The notes: generated by a model not told the origin, from the letters alone. A DNA stretch of 64,000 nucleotides from Alphaproteobacteria bacterium (GCA_963665325.3 OZ224045.1:1184001-1248000); one strand, 5' to 3'. Shown: positions 10,255-20,042, counted from the first letter of the stretch. Translations and numbers: made by a program.

Positions 10255-10761
10255 TCAGAGCACAAACCGTCGAGCTTCCTCGACCGGAAGCGGACGAACC
10301 TTACGTTGCTCGGTACCGCCCCAGTGCTTTGCACTCTCAAGCAGTTGGCGGAGATAGCCGGCGGCATTCTCCAGCCATGCCTCTTTGCGAATGAGCTCGA
10401 CGACACTGACGCAGGAGAAGTATCGACCGTGGAGCAAATCCTTGACCAGAATTGTCTCTCGCTTCTCGGTGAAATACCAGAAAGCGCCGCCGCCTCCCGC
10501 AAACACGCTCAAAAGAAATGCCAGCACCATACCCAACCCCATCGCGAGAAGAGCGAATACGATGAGAAAGATCGCGACCCCTGCGATGACGGTGTTTCTG
10601 AACAAGTGTTCCTGTTCCGCCTGAATCATGACCGCGTTGTCGAGTCGGTAGCGCTTGAGCAATTCCTTCTCCTCGTCATCCAGCTCAATCTTGCCCCATA
10701 ACTTGAATCGTACTCTTCTCAGTCTTCCAAGGGTTTGTTCCCGTTTGAATAGCAGTTCCAT
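10255..10761 (-). CDS. hypothetical membrane protein (2 TM helices), co-oriented with the ATPase and relaxase
   Basis: Hydrophobic VIAGVAIFLIVFALLAMGLGMVLAFLLSVFAGGGGAFWY; AAGGAAGAAGAA upstream of ATG. Confidence 0.8.
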   Translation of the reverse strand: MELLFKREQTLGRLRRVRFKLWGKIELDDEEKELLKRYRLDNAVMIQAEQEHLFRNTVIAGVAIFLIVFALLAMGLGMVLAFLLSVFAGGGGAFWYFTEKRETILVKDLLHGRYFSCVSVVELIRKEAWLENAAGYLRQLLESAKHWGGTEQRKVRPLPVEEARRFVL

Positions 10762-11104
10762 TTCTTCTTCCTTTTCTGTCTCTCTGCTATTCCCGTTCTC
10801 TCTCAATGTGACCGTAGGGAACATTGGGAGAGGGGAGAGGGCGAGGGGTGGGGTTTGGGGTAGCTATGCATGAACCCGCCCAGGGTTCATTCTCTTTGGA
10901 GGAGGAAAGAGAATGAAGTCGCGGAAAGCGGCGGAGACGCGGGGGCATGGAATGTGTCGCTCTGGATGGGGATATGGTCGGCAGGGTCATGGGGATACAG
11001 GAAGTCCTTGGGCGTGTCCCCATCGGGAGGGCTCGCGGGTTTAGCATGATTGGATAGAGAGATGGGCGGCCGGGTGTGTGCACGCCCGACCGCCCTGCTC
11101 CCAT

Positions 11105-11302
11105 TCAGGAGTGTCGGGCAGGAGTTTCGCGACGGTCCATCCTGGACTGGAGCCAGTCGAGCACCTCCTCCTCTACCCATCCCACGCGGTTCTCGCCGAG
11201 CTTGACCCGCTTGGGGAATCTGCCCGCCTTTTCCAGCCGTGCGATGTGCTGCGGTGAGTACAAGACCAACTCCTTCAGCTGGCGTTTTGAAAGTATCCTC
11301 AT
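11105..11302 (-). CDS. alpA: AlpA family phage regulatory protein / excisionase
   Basis: YSPQHIARLEKAGRFPKRVKLGENRVGWVEEEVLDWL; RBS GGAGG. Confidence 0.92.
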   Translation of the reverse strand: MRILSKRQLKELVLYSPQHIARLEKAGRFPKRVKLGENRVGWVEEEVLDWLQSRMDRRETPARHS

Positions 11303-11402
11303 CTCGATGCCTCCGTGAGTGGAGAGCATCGCGATGCCCCAGGGTTGACAATGACCTAGGTGGCGCGATGGTAGCGGCAATCTGGAGTACGGAAAAGCGC
11401 CC

Positions 11403-12017
11403 ATGTCCGCACAGACAGTCGTTGCAGAAACGAGACGAAGGGCAACCTACCAGGATGTGCTCAATGCGCCGCCGCACAAGGTGGCCGAGGTTGTTGAGGG
11501 AGTGCTCTACACCAACCCGAGACCGGCACCACGACATGCGATAGCCAGTTCCGGAATTGGCGCAAGCATTTCACCTCCTTTCAACTACGGACGCGGCGGC
11601 CCTGGTGGCTGGTGGATCATCGATGAGCCGGAACTGCATCTCGATGAAGATATATTGGTGCCCGACCTCGCAGGCTGGCGGCGGGAGCGTATGTCGGCGA
11701 TCCCCGCCACCGCGTATTTCACGCTTGCTCCGGACTGGGTGTGCGAAGTGCTCTCGCCCTCCACTCGAGCGCTCGACCAGGGACGGAAACGGGCACTCTA
11801 TGCCCGCGAAGGGGTAGGCTATCTGTGGTTCGTCGATCCCGACGCCCGCACGCTTGAAGCGTTTGAGCTGAACGACCGCCGCTGGGTGTTGCTTGAGACA
11901 CTGACGGGCGATGCCACGGTCTCGCTGCCGCCGTTCGAGGCGATCCAATTCAGCCTCAGTGACCTCTGGGTCGATATAGAGTCGGAGCAGGACACCGGTC
12001 GGGACGGAACCGTCTAG
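11403..12017 (+). CDS. Uma2 family putative endonuclease
   Basis: ATYQD..AEVVEG..PRPAPRH..VPDLAGWR..APDWVCEVLSPST..KRALYAREGV..LWFVDP. Confidence 0.93.
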   Translation: MSAQTVVAETRRRATYQDVLNAPPHKVAEVVEGVLYTNPRPAPRHAIASSGIGASISPPFNYGRGGPGGWWIIDEPELHLDEDILVPDLAGWRRERMSAIPATAYFTLAPDWVCEVLSPSTRALDQGRKRALYAREGVGYLWFVDPDARTLEAFELNDRRWVLLETLTGDATVSLPPFEAIQFSLSDLWVDIESEQDTGRDGTV

Positions 12018-12108
12018 CCTGATCGGTCCCCTCATGGACGGCCCTCAGCACACTGCTTGACTCATTCTTTGCCCGCTTTTACCGTCATATCTGCGACGTT
12101 CACACAGA

Positions 12109-12334
12109 CCCGCTCTGTCGGGTCGCCCGCTGAATATAACAGCCTGATACCCAGCACGGGGTAGCTCCCCATGCGTGGTGAATAGGCGGGACTTCACATC
12201 TGTTCTGTGTGACGTCGCAACGGCCCGGCGCCAGCCGGTGCGGGTCACGCAACCGACTGGAGAGGGATCATGTTCAACCGCTTCACTATTGCTGCCGCCG
12301 TCATCCTTGCGCTTGCCGCCTGCGGAGGCGGCGG
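12109..12334 (+). repeat. conserved structured leader plus signal-peptide coding region, copy 2
   Basis: Same length as, and colinear with, 5785-6010. Confidence 0.92.
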
Positions 12335-13250
12335 TTCAGCAGTTGTTGGGCCGGTTGGCTCCAAGATGGAATCTGAATCCAGCTCAGGCACCAACAGTGT
12401 GCTATCCAAGTACCATCGCCATCTAAACGACGGAGATTCAAATGACGCATGGCCTGAAGTCGGAGACTACACCCATATCTTTCATTTCCTCGTTGGCGAA
12501 TCCATCGGTGATGGATTATTTGCCATAGCTCCATCAAATGTTTCGTGTCAGGAAGAGAGTTGTTGGGCTTCCGAAGCAGCGGCTAATTCGCTAGGGTCGG
12601 TTGCGGGAGTTCAACGTGTTATGGAGCATGCCAATATCCCCGTGTATCGAATACACGGAGAGAATACCTTTGCGGGGTTCGACTACAACACCTACGGAGC
12701 GTGGCTCGAATTCTCATCGTTCACCGTTGCGCGCACCTGTGACATCGGCGAAGATTGCGGCTTACGCGCCGCCTTCGACAGTGCCATACCAGCCGTTGGC
12801 GGCCAGCCGTCTGGATCCAAACCGAGAGGGCTAGGGTCGGCCTCTTGGCTCGGTGTCGTGATTGCCGCCGATACGCAAACTTACAATCTCATCCTCGGTG
12901 ACGCGGAGATAAGTATTAACGACCTAACTGCAGTCACTCCTCTTGTGGATGTCACACTGACTAGGCTGTGGGATGTCGATGCCGGTATCGCACGCGCCGA
13001 CATTCGATGGCATGGCCTTCCCATTAGTGATAGCAGTCAAACCATCAATGTGCCTGTAGTCAACGCTTCGCCGGCTGGTGCGTTTGGGCGTGGCCACATC
13101 CCGTTTCCCTACTCCGGTGTAGTCACCCACGACGGACGCGATGACTACGTAATGGGACAGTTCTTCGGCAATGCGCATCAGGAGGTAAGCGGAAAATTCG
13201 TACATCGAGCCACATCCACGGCAGGAGTGTTCGGCGGGAAACGTCAATGA
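12270..13250 (+). CDS. surface lipoprotein with TbpB-like C-terminal beta-barrel
   Basis: MFNRF..ALAAC lipobox; YGAWLEFSSF, GSASWLG, GQFFGNAHQEVSGKF..GVFGGKRQ. Confidence 0.85.
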   Translation: MFNRFTIAAAVILALAACGGGGSAVVGPVGSKMESESSSGTNSVLSKYHRHLNDGDSNDAWPEVGDYTHIFHFLVGESIGDGLFAIAPSNVSCQEESCWASEAAANSLGSVAGVQRVMEHANIPVYRIHGENTFAGFDYNTYGAWLEFSSFTVARTCDIGEDCGLRAAFDSAIPAVGGQPSGSKPRGLGSASWLGVVIAADTQTYNLILGDAEISINDLTAVTPLVDVTLTRLWDVDAGIARADIRWHGLPISDSSQTINVPVVNASPAGAFGRGHIPFPYSGVVTHDGRDDYVMGQFFGNAHQEVSGKFVHRATSTAGVFGGKRQ

Positions 13251-13655
13251 GGCGACGCGCTTGCGAATGCTGATCGGCGAGCTGCCGACGACGTGCCAGT
13301 TCGTCTGGTGGACCGAGTCCGCGTTGCTGGTGAACGCTCAATGCCCCAAGCAGCATGCTAACGCCGCTAATGTCGGGGCAGGACGAGTTGCCACCACCAC
13401 CAACAAGGTGATTGACACTGTCTGCTCACGGAGGCATTAGCAGATACCGAACGGCGGACTGTCCAGACGAACCTCGCGGTCGGGGATAATCTGCTGCTTC
13501 GCCCCGTTCTCTGGAGGACGCATATCCTCCGGAGAACATTCTCTCGCAATACCATACTCCCTCACCGAGTCACCTTCTGGATGGGGGATAGAAAGGTGGA
13601 TAGATATTTGTCTAGAGACAAATTACCTACTAATAACAACATATTGTCACATGCG

Positions 13656-13677
13656 TCAAGTCTCTCCTGCGGCACCA
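13656..13677 (+). other. attR: duplicated 3' end of a tRNA (probably tRNA-Leu)
   Basis: TCAAGT-CTCTC-CTGCGGC-A-CCA fits T-loop, 3' T-stem, acceptor strand, discriminator and CCA exactly; no 5' half upstream. GGGGGATA/GGTGGATA arm-like repeat at 13583-13602. Confidence 0.75.
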
Positions 13678-13794
13678 TTCCCGGATTCGGCGGCCTTTCG
13701 GTATTCTCCGCTTGAGAGCGTTTGGCGGGGCCTGTCCGAACGGGAAATACCTGTCTGCGAAGACCAGCAGGCGCGGGGGGGATACGGCGGCGGC

Positions 13795-15156
13795 ATGATC
13801 GAGTTGTTCGGGGGCGTGGTCGGCGGGCTCGGCCTTTTCGTCGTCGGGATGCGGTTCCTGACGGAGAACCTGAAGAAACTGGCGAGCCGGCGGCTGCGCC
13901 GGACGGCGCAACGCTTGACCGGGCGTCCCCTTATCGCCTTCTGCTGGGGTGTGCTTGCCGGCGGCGCCACCCAGAGCATGACCGCATTGGTCTTTATCGT
14001 GGTGAGCATCCTGCGCTCGGGGCTGACAACGACGAAAGGCGCATTTGCGCTTACTTTAGGCGGCACCGCCGGGACGACGCTTCTTGTGCTGGTCGTCACC
14101 TTCGACATCAGGGCGGTTTCGCTGTTTGTACTGGGTATTGCCGGCGTTGCGGTGGCCAGTGAAGCCATGGCGAAATACCGCTCGGTTGCGGCGTCGTTGT
14201 TCGGCGGTGCCATGATTATTCTCGGGCTGACACTGCTGAAAGATGCGGCGGCGCCGCTGGCCGACCAGCCCTGGTTCCGGGATATGCTGGAATGGGCCGG
14301 GGATTCGCCGATTCTCGCCTGTCTGGTCGCTGCAATGCTGACAGCCGTGGTGCAATCCTCGAGCGCGGTGTCAGTATTCGGCATCAGCCTGGCGGCCGTC
14401 GGGGTCCTCACTGCGGACCAGACCATCATGGTCATCTACGGCAGCTTCATCGGCTCCGGCGCGATCATGTACATTTTGTCGGTGAACCTGAAAGGCAGGT
14501 CCCGCCAGGTCGCCATGTATCTGGTGTCTTTGAACCTGGCGATCTGCGCGATCGCGATCCCCCTGTTCTATCTCGAACTCCATCTCGGCATTCCAGCGGT
14601 CAAGGCCCTCGTTCTTTCCCCGCCTCGCGATCTGGACCAGCAGCTGGCCCTCGCTTACCTCATCATCACCATAGTCCCCATTCCTGTCTTGCTCCTGCTG
14701 CTTGGACCGACGGCCGTGGCTTTCGAGAAACTCTGGCCGGAATCGCCCATCGACGAGTTGTCGAAGGCGCAATTCATTTACGATCATGCTTCGGTGGATA
14801 TCGGCACATCGGCAATGCTCGTCGAACTTGAGCAGAAGCGCGTGTTCCGGATGCTGTCGCGGTATTTCGACGCCGTGCGGCGGGATGCAGACCTGAGGCA
14901 GATACGGACCGCATGCCGGAATGTGCTGGCCGAGGTCTCCCATTTTCTGGATGACCTTCACGAGACTCATCCCATGCAGGGAATGGAAAGCCGCAACACG
15001 ATGCTGAGCCGCCTGAAGCTTCTTTCGTGGATGGAAAGTGCGGTAGGGGATATGTGCGAGGCCCTGCTGGATCTCAAGGGCCGGCCGGGGCTGGAAAAGT
15101 TCCGCATGGACATTTGCGAGGGGGTGGACACCGTATTGCGCACCGATGGGTGCTAA
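13795..15156 (+). pseudogene. Na/Pi cotransporter family protein, C-terminally truncated
   Basis: GGLGLFVVGM, TQSMTA and VQSSSA repeats, PhoU-like helical tail that ends abruptly (DTVL|RTDGC*) where AT-rich integrase-leader DNA begins. Confidence 0.75.
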
Positions 15157-15210
15157 CTATCTGATATAGAGCTGTTTTTTCTCCCGAAATGTGGCAGTCG
15201 GGGAAGTGGA

Positions 15211-16383
15211 GTGCAATCCCTTTCTTCCCAGGCTGCAACCGGAGCCGGGAGAAATCCGTTGCCGAGAACCAACCTCACCGAGACCCGCGTCAGGGTGCTC
15301 AGGCCTCGCAAGTCCGTCCGCGAGGTTCGCGACAGCAAGCTCAAGGGCTTTGGCGTCCGTGTGTCGCCCTCGGGCCGCAAGCAGTTCTTCATCCACTGCC
15401 AGCATAGCGGCGAACGCATCTGGAAGATCGTCGGCGACGCCGGAAGCATGAGCGTCATGGACGCGCGGGCTTCGGCTGCCGAAATGCTCACCGCCATCAG
15501 GCGCGGCAAGGAGGCGCTCCACGCGCCCGGCGAGACACTGTTCGAAGCCATCGCCGAAGCCGCCTTCCAGCGTCACGAGCGGCGCTGGAAACCGGGTACG
15601 ATGGTCGTGAACCGCAGTCATCTGCGCAACCGGATCATGCCGCATTTCGCCGGGCGACAGATTGCCGAGATCGACCGGCAGGAGGTGAGGAACTGGTTCG
15701 CCCGCCTGCGCGCGACGCCAGTTGCGGCAGACAGGTCCATGCCGGTCCTGTCCGTCATCATGAGGGAGGCGGAACGGATGGGCATGCGTCCGGAGGGTTC
15801 CAATCCCTGCCGGGGCATCCGGCGCTACCGTCGCAAGGGTCGCGAGCGGTTCCTCTCCGACGACGAAATCCGCCGGCTGTCCGCAAGGCTCAGGGTGTAT
15901 GAGACCCGTTGGGTGCCGCAGGTCGCCATCATCCGCCTGTTGCTGCTCACGGGCTGCCGCAAGAGCGAAATCCTGACCCTGCAATGGTCCGACTACCGCG
16001 ACGGCCGCCTGTTCCTGCGCGACGGCAAGACGGGGCCCCGAACCGTGTGGCTGTCCGACCCGGCCCGGGCCATTCTCGACGACCTTGCGCCGAAGGGCCG
16101 ATGGGTATTTCCCGCATCGCGGGCCGACCGGCCCGGCAGCGCGGCCTGGCTCGACAGGTTCTGGATCAGGGTCCGAGCCGAGGCGGAACTGGAGGATGTG
16201 CATCTTCATGACCTGCGCCATACCGTAGCCAGCCTGGCTCTCAGGCAGGGCGAGACCGTTCTGTCCATCGGCCGGCTGCTCGGACATCGCAGGGCGGAGA
16301 CGACGCTGAAATACATCCACCTCGCGGACGCCATGGTGCAGGACGCGGCCGAGACGGTCGGAAATGCGCTGGAGGGAGAGTGA
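15211..16383 (+). CDS. tyrosine recombinase/integrase with N-terminal arm-binding domain
   Basis: GFGVRVSPSGRK; TGCRKSE, KTG, HDLRH, LLGH, TTLKY. Confidence 0.95.
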   Translation: MQSLSSQAATGAGRNPLPRTNLTETRVRVLRPRKSVREVRDSKLKGFGVRVSPSGRKQFFIHCQHSGERIWKIVGDAGSMSVMDARASAAEMLTAIRRGKEALHAPGETLFEAIAEAAFQRHERRWKPGTMVVNRSHLRNRIMPHFAGRQIAEIDRQEVRNWFARLRATPVAADRSMPVLSVIMREAERMGMRPEGSNPCRGIRRYRRKGRERFLSDDEIRRLSARLRVYETRWVPQVAIIRLLLLTGCRKSEILTLQWSDYRDGRLFLRDGKTGPRTVWLSDPARAILDDLAPKGRWVFPASRADRPGSAAWLDRFWIRVRAEAELEDVHLHDLRHTVASLALRQGETVLSIGRLLGHRRAETTLKYIHLADAMVQDAAETVGNALEGE

Positions 16384-17576
16384 TGGCGGGCAGGGAACGG
16401 ATGAAACTTACCGACGCCGCCGTCTCCCGGCTTCGCCCCCGCGAGCGGGAATACACGGTCTGGGACACGCGCGTGGCCGGCCTCGGCGTCCGCGTGCGGC
16501 CTTCCGGCGGGCGCAGCTATGTGCTGCTTCTGGACATAGGTGGGCGCACGAAGCGCGTCTCGCTCGGTCCGGTCGGTGTGAAGAGCCTGGACGAGGTTCG
16601 CAGGGAATGCCATGCCCGCAGGGCGAACCCGGAGCCGGAGGAAAAGCCCGTGCCGGCTCGTCAGGTCCCGCTGTTCCGGGACTTCGTCGCCGGCGCATGG
16701 AAGGAAGCCCATTTCGACGGCTACAAGCCTTCGACGCAGAAAACCGCCCGGTATCAATTGTCAGGCCAGCTTCTGCCGACATTCGGAGCGAAGCCGTTGA
16801 ACCGCCTCGGGGAAGCCGGAATCAAGCGCTGGTTCGACCGCCACAGCCGGACAGCCCCGAGCAACGCCAATCACTGCCTTGCCTGCCTCCGACAGATCCT
16901 GAACTTCGCCGTCGCCTGCGGTTATATCGAAAGCAACCCCGCCAATGGCATCGAGTGCAACCGGCGCCCGAAGCTCACCCGATTCCTGTCCCGGGAGGAA
17001 CTCAGACGCCTCTACGCTGCCCTCGACGTGGAGACGGGCAAGGGGAACATGCAGCCGGCCGACATCATCCGCCTCCTGCTGCTGACCGGCTGCCGCAAGA
17101 GCGAGATCGTCAACCTCAGCTGGTCGGAAGTCCGTGAAGAGGGATTGGCCCTCACGGACTCGAAGACCGGTCCGAGGACGGTCCCGCTGGGCAGTCGGGC
17201 GCGCGCCATTCTCGACCGGCAGCCGCGCAGCGAGAGCCCTTTCGTGTTTCCCTCGCCGCTCGACCCCGTACGCCCGCGCGATTCCGATCTCCCGTTCTGG
17301 TACCGCGTCAGGCGCGAAGCCGGCATCGAGGACGTGCGCCTTCATGACCTGCGTCATACGATGGCCAGCCACGCCGTGATGAACGGCGTGCCGGTGCCGG
17401 TGGTCTCGCGCCTGCTCGGGCACTCCAATGTTCATATGACGCTGCGCTACGCCCATCTCGCCGACCGCGATATCGAGGCGGCGGCAGAGCGGACCGGGCA
17501 GGCGATGGCGCAACTCATGGGACTGGGCCTTCAAATGCACCCCTTGGATACGCCGAACGGCGGGTCGTCCGGATAA
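16383..17576 (+). CDS. tyrosine recombinase/integrase (second paralogue)
   Basis: WDTRVAGLGVRVRPSGGRSY; TGCRKSE, SKTG, HDLRH, LLGH, MTLRY; TGATG stop/start overlap. Confidence 0.95.
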   Translation: MAGRERMKLTDAAVSRLRPREREYTVWDTRVAGLGVRVRPSGGRSYVLLLDIGGRTKRVSLGPVGVKSLDEVRRECHARRANPEPEEKPVPARQVPLFRDFVAGAWKEAHFDGYKPSTQKTARYQLSGQLLPTFGAKPLNRLGEAGIKRWFDRHSRTAPSNANHCLACLRQILNFAVACGYIESNPANGIECNRRPKLTRFLSREELRRLYAALDVETGKGNMQPADIIRLLLLTGCRKSEIVNLSWSEVREEGLALTDSKTGPRTVPLGSRARAILDRQPRSESPFVFPSPLDPVRPRDSDLPFWYRVRREAGIEDVRLHDLRHTMASHAVMNGVPVPVVSRLLGHSNVHMTLRYAHLADRDIEAAAERTGQAMAQLMGLGLQMHPLDTPNGGSSG

Positions 17577-18017
17577 CGCATCCGTTTCATCCGCTTCACG
17601 GCCGCGAGTTTCCGCTGGTCGAGACCGCATCGGTGATGGGGGTGGGGCGGGTTCATTACACGGCTGACGGCTGACGACTGACGACGGGACGCTGCGCACG
17701 ATCCGTCAGTCGTCGGAGACATGTCGGGCCATATCCGAAGCCGCATGATCTGAAGGCCTCGCGGAAGCGGTTGTCGCGGCCCGGGGCCGACACTCGAAAT
17801 AGCCGCGAGGCCGCCTTTCCATGGAGCGGGGAATATCCCCGGCCCCCGTCTTTCACCGATCAACACGAGGTCCGGGCGTGACGGTCCCGGACCTCGAGGG
17901 AGACTATATCGAAAAGTCAGCCCTTGACCCGCCAACCTGCCGTAGATCACTTTTCGGATTGAACGAAGTAGCGCTTCCCGGTTGTAGAGGCGCTATCGAA
18001 TGGCAAGGGAGGAAGAA

Positions 18018-19313
18018 ATGCCGAAAGACTCGCAAGAAACGAAGGGCCTTTACGCGTGGTTCGCGGAGAACCCGGAAGAAGCGCATCGACAATTTTTCGA
18101 GCCGAAGCCGGGGTTGAGCCGCCGCGGTTTCTTTGCCGGGGCGGGGCTGGCGGCTGCGGGCGGCCTGCTCGGCATGACGATCCCGTTCTACGCCAACATG
18201 CCGCGCGGGCTGGTGCCGGCCGCCTTTGCCTCGGAGGATGTTCTGGTCGGTAAGGACGGGCTGACGCTCCTCAATGACCGGCCGATCAATGCCGAGACGC
18301 CGGCGCACCTGCTCGACGACGCGATCACGCCTACCGCCCGGCACTTCATCCGAAATAACGGCCTGCCGCCGGAAGACGCCGACGCCGCAGGCTGGATGCT
18401 CACCGTGGACGGGCTCGTGGAAAACTCGATGGAGCTGTCCATCGAGAACCTGAAGGCCGGGTTCGAGGTGGTGACCATGGCGCTCACCATCGAATGCGGC
18501 GGCAACGGCCGGGCCTTTTTCGATCCGCCGGCGAAGGGCAACCAGTGGACGGTCGGCGCCGTCGGCTGCTCGGAGTGGACCGGCGTCAGGCTCGCCGACG
18601 TGTTGAAGAAGGCCGGGGTCAAACCGGGCGTGGTCTATACCGCCCATTACGGTGCCGACACCCACCTCTCCGGCAAGGAGGGCAAGCTGCCGATCTCACG
18701 CGGCGTACCGATTGCCAAGGCAATGACCGACAATGTGCTCATCGCGTTTGCGATGAACGGCGGGCCGCTGCACAGGCAGAACGGCGCGCCGCTCCGCCTG
18801 GTCGTACCGGGCTGGCCGGGCTCCTGCTCGCAGAAGTGGCTGAAGCGCATCCAGCTCCGCGACATCGTGCATGACGGGCCGAAGATGACCGGCACCTCCT
18901 ACCGCGTGCCGGGCTATCCGGTCGCTCCCGGCGACAAGGTGCCGAAGGAGGATTTCGAGATCATCGAGCGCATGCCGGTGAAGGCCCTCGTGACAGCGCC
19001 GGAAAATGGCGGCGCAGCAGGCAGGGAGGTGGAAGTGCGCGGCCATGCCTGGTCGGGCGACCGCACCGTTGCCGCAGTCGATCTTTCCATCGATTTCGGC
19101 AAGAGCTGGATGGCGGCCGAGCTGGACAGGCCGGTCAATCCGGGCGCCTGGCAGAACTGGCGGCGCACGGTCGCATTCCCCGAGGCCGGCTATTACGAGG
19201 TCTGGGCGCGGGCGACCGACAGCGCGGGCGAGATGCAGCCCTTCGCCATCGACTGGAACCCGAAGGGCTATCTCAACAACACCATGCACCGCACGGCGTT
19301 GCGCGTGTCCTGA
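18018..19313 (+). CDS. sorT: periplasmic sulfite dehydrogenase, molybdopterin subunit (sulfite oxidase family, SorT/SorA-like)
   Basis: Tat motif SRRGFF, NAETP, HFIRN, ECGGNGR (Mo-ligating Cys), GAPLRLVVPGWPG, WNPKGY. Confidence 0.9.
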   Translation: MPKDSQETKGLYAWFAENPEEAHRQFFEPKPGLSRRGFFAGAGLAAAGGLLGMTIPFYANMPRGLVPAAFASEDVLVGKDGLTLLNDRPINAETPAHLLDDAITPTARHFIRNNGLPPEDADAAGWMLTVDGLVENSMELSIENLKAGFEVVTMALTIECGGNGRAFFDPPAKGNQWTVGAVGCSEWTGVRLADVLKKAGVKPGVVYTAHYGADTHLSGKEGKLPISRGVPIAKAMTDNVLIAFAMNGGPLHRQNGAPLRLVVPGWPGSCSQKWLKRIQLRDIVHDGPKMTGTSYRVPGYPVAPGDKVPKEDFEIIERMPVKALVTAPENGGAAGREVEVRGHAWSGDRTVAAVDLSIDFGKSWMAAELDRPVNPGAWQNWRRTVAFPEAGYYEVWARATDSAGEMQPFAIDWNPKGYLNNTMHRTALRVS

Positions 19314-19337
19314 CCGTTAGCGCCGGAATTCTGCGGA

Positions 19338-20042
19338 ATGCGGGCCGCCATTGCGGCGGCGCTGCTGCTGCTCGCTTGTGCGGCAGCGGCAGCGCCGGTT
19401 AGTGCGGCTGACCTGGAAGCGCGTCTTGCCGCGGCCGATCCCGGCCGCGGCAAGAAGGTGTTCCGCAAATGCGCTGCCTGCCACACGGCGGAGAAGGGCG
19501 GTCGAAACAAGATTGGGCCCAATCTCTGGGGCATTGTCGGCGCGCCGGCAGGGGCCAGCGAAGGGTTCCGCTATTCGAAGGCGATGAAGGCGTTCGGCGC
19601 CAGCTGGACGCCGGAGCGCCTCGATGTCTATCTGACGAAGCCGCGCGCGCTCGTGAAGGCCGGCTCCATGACCTTCGCCGGCCTGAAACGCGAGAGGGAC
19701 CGCGCCGATGTCATCGCCTTCCTGAACGAAATGGGCGACAGCCCGGCCGATTTTGGGAGCGCGTCTGCAGCGCCAGCGGTTCCGCAGACGCCGGAGCCGG
19801 AAGATTTCGGCCTGATGGTCAGCGCGCCGGGCGCCTCCGAGACTTTCGACGCCTGCACGCCCTGCCACTCGGAACGGATCGTCGTTCAGCAGGGCCTGAC
19901 GCGAGAGCAATGGGACGAGCTTATGGTGTGGATGGTGGAGGAGCAGGAGATGGAGCCGATAGAGAACGGCGAGCTCGCGGTCATCCTCGACTATCTGGCG
20001 GAGCATTACGGCCCCGACCGCCCGAACTTCCCGCGCCGATAG
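19338..20042 (+). CDS. two-domain c-type cytochrome, probable electron acceptor of the sulfite dehydrogenase
   Basis: Signal peptide; CAACH..GPNLWG (c2-like) and second domain CTPCH..WMVEEQEM..LDYLAEHY. Confidence 0.88.
   Translation: MRAAIAAALLLLACAAAAAPVSAADLEARLAAADPGRGKKVFRKCAACHTAEKGGRNKIGPNLWGIVGAPAGASEGFRYSKAMKAFGASWTPERLDVYLTKPRALVKAGSMTFAGLKRERDRADVIAFLNEMGDSPADFGSASAAPAVPQTPEPEDFGLMVSAPGASETFDACTPCHSERIVVQQGLTREQWDELMVWMVEEQEMEPIENGELAVILDYLAEHYGPDRPNFPRR

Larger units (their letters stand above)
1..13677. mobile_element. tRNA-integrated genomic island / integrative mobilisable element (right portion; left end outside window)
   Basis: Ends in a tRNA 3'-end fragment (13656-13677). 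Contains AlpA, a Replic_Relax relaxase, two VirD4-like ATPases and a serine recombinase. Visibly AT-richer in parts than the DNA to its right. Confidence 0.75.
15139..17576 (+). mobile_element. tandem tyrosine-recombinase element (right boundary not defined)
   Basis: Two coupled paralogous integrases directly following the break in the Na/Pi gene. Confidence 0.55.

Noticed and set aside
13600-13677. Complete tRNA gene
   Set aside because: Only the 3' 22 nt fit; upstream sequence cannot form D or anticodon arms
17661-17685. Short CTGACGR repeats
   Set aside because: Only about three imperfect units; not distinguishable from chance
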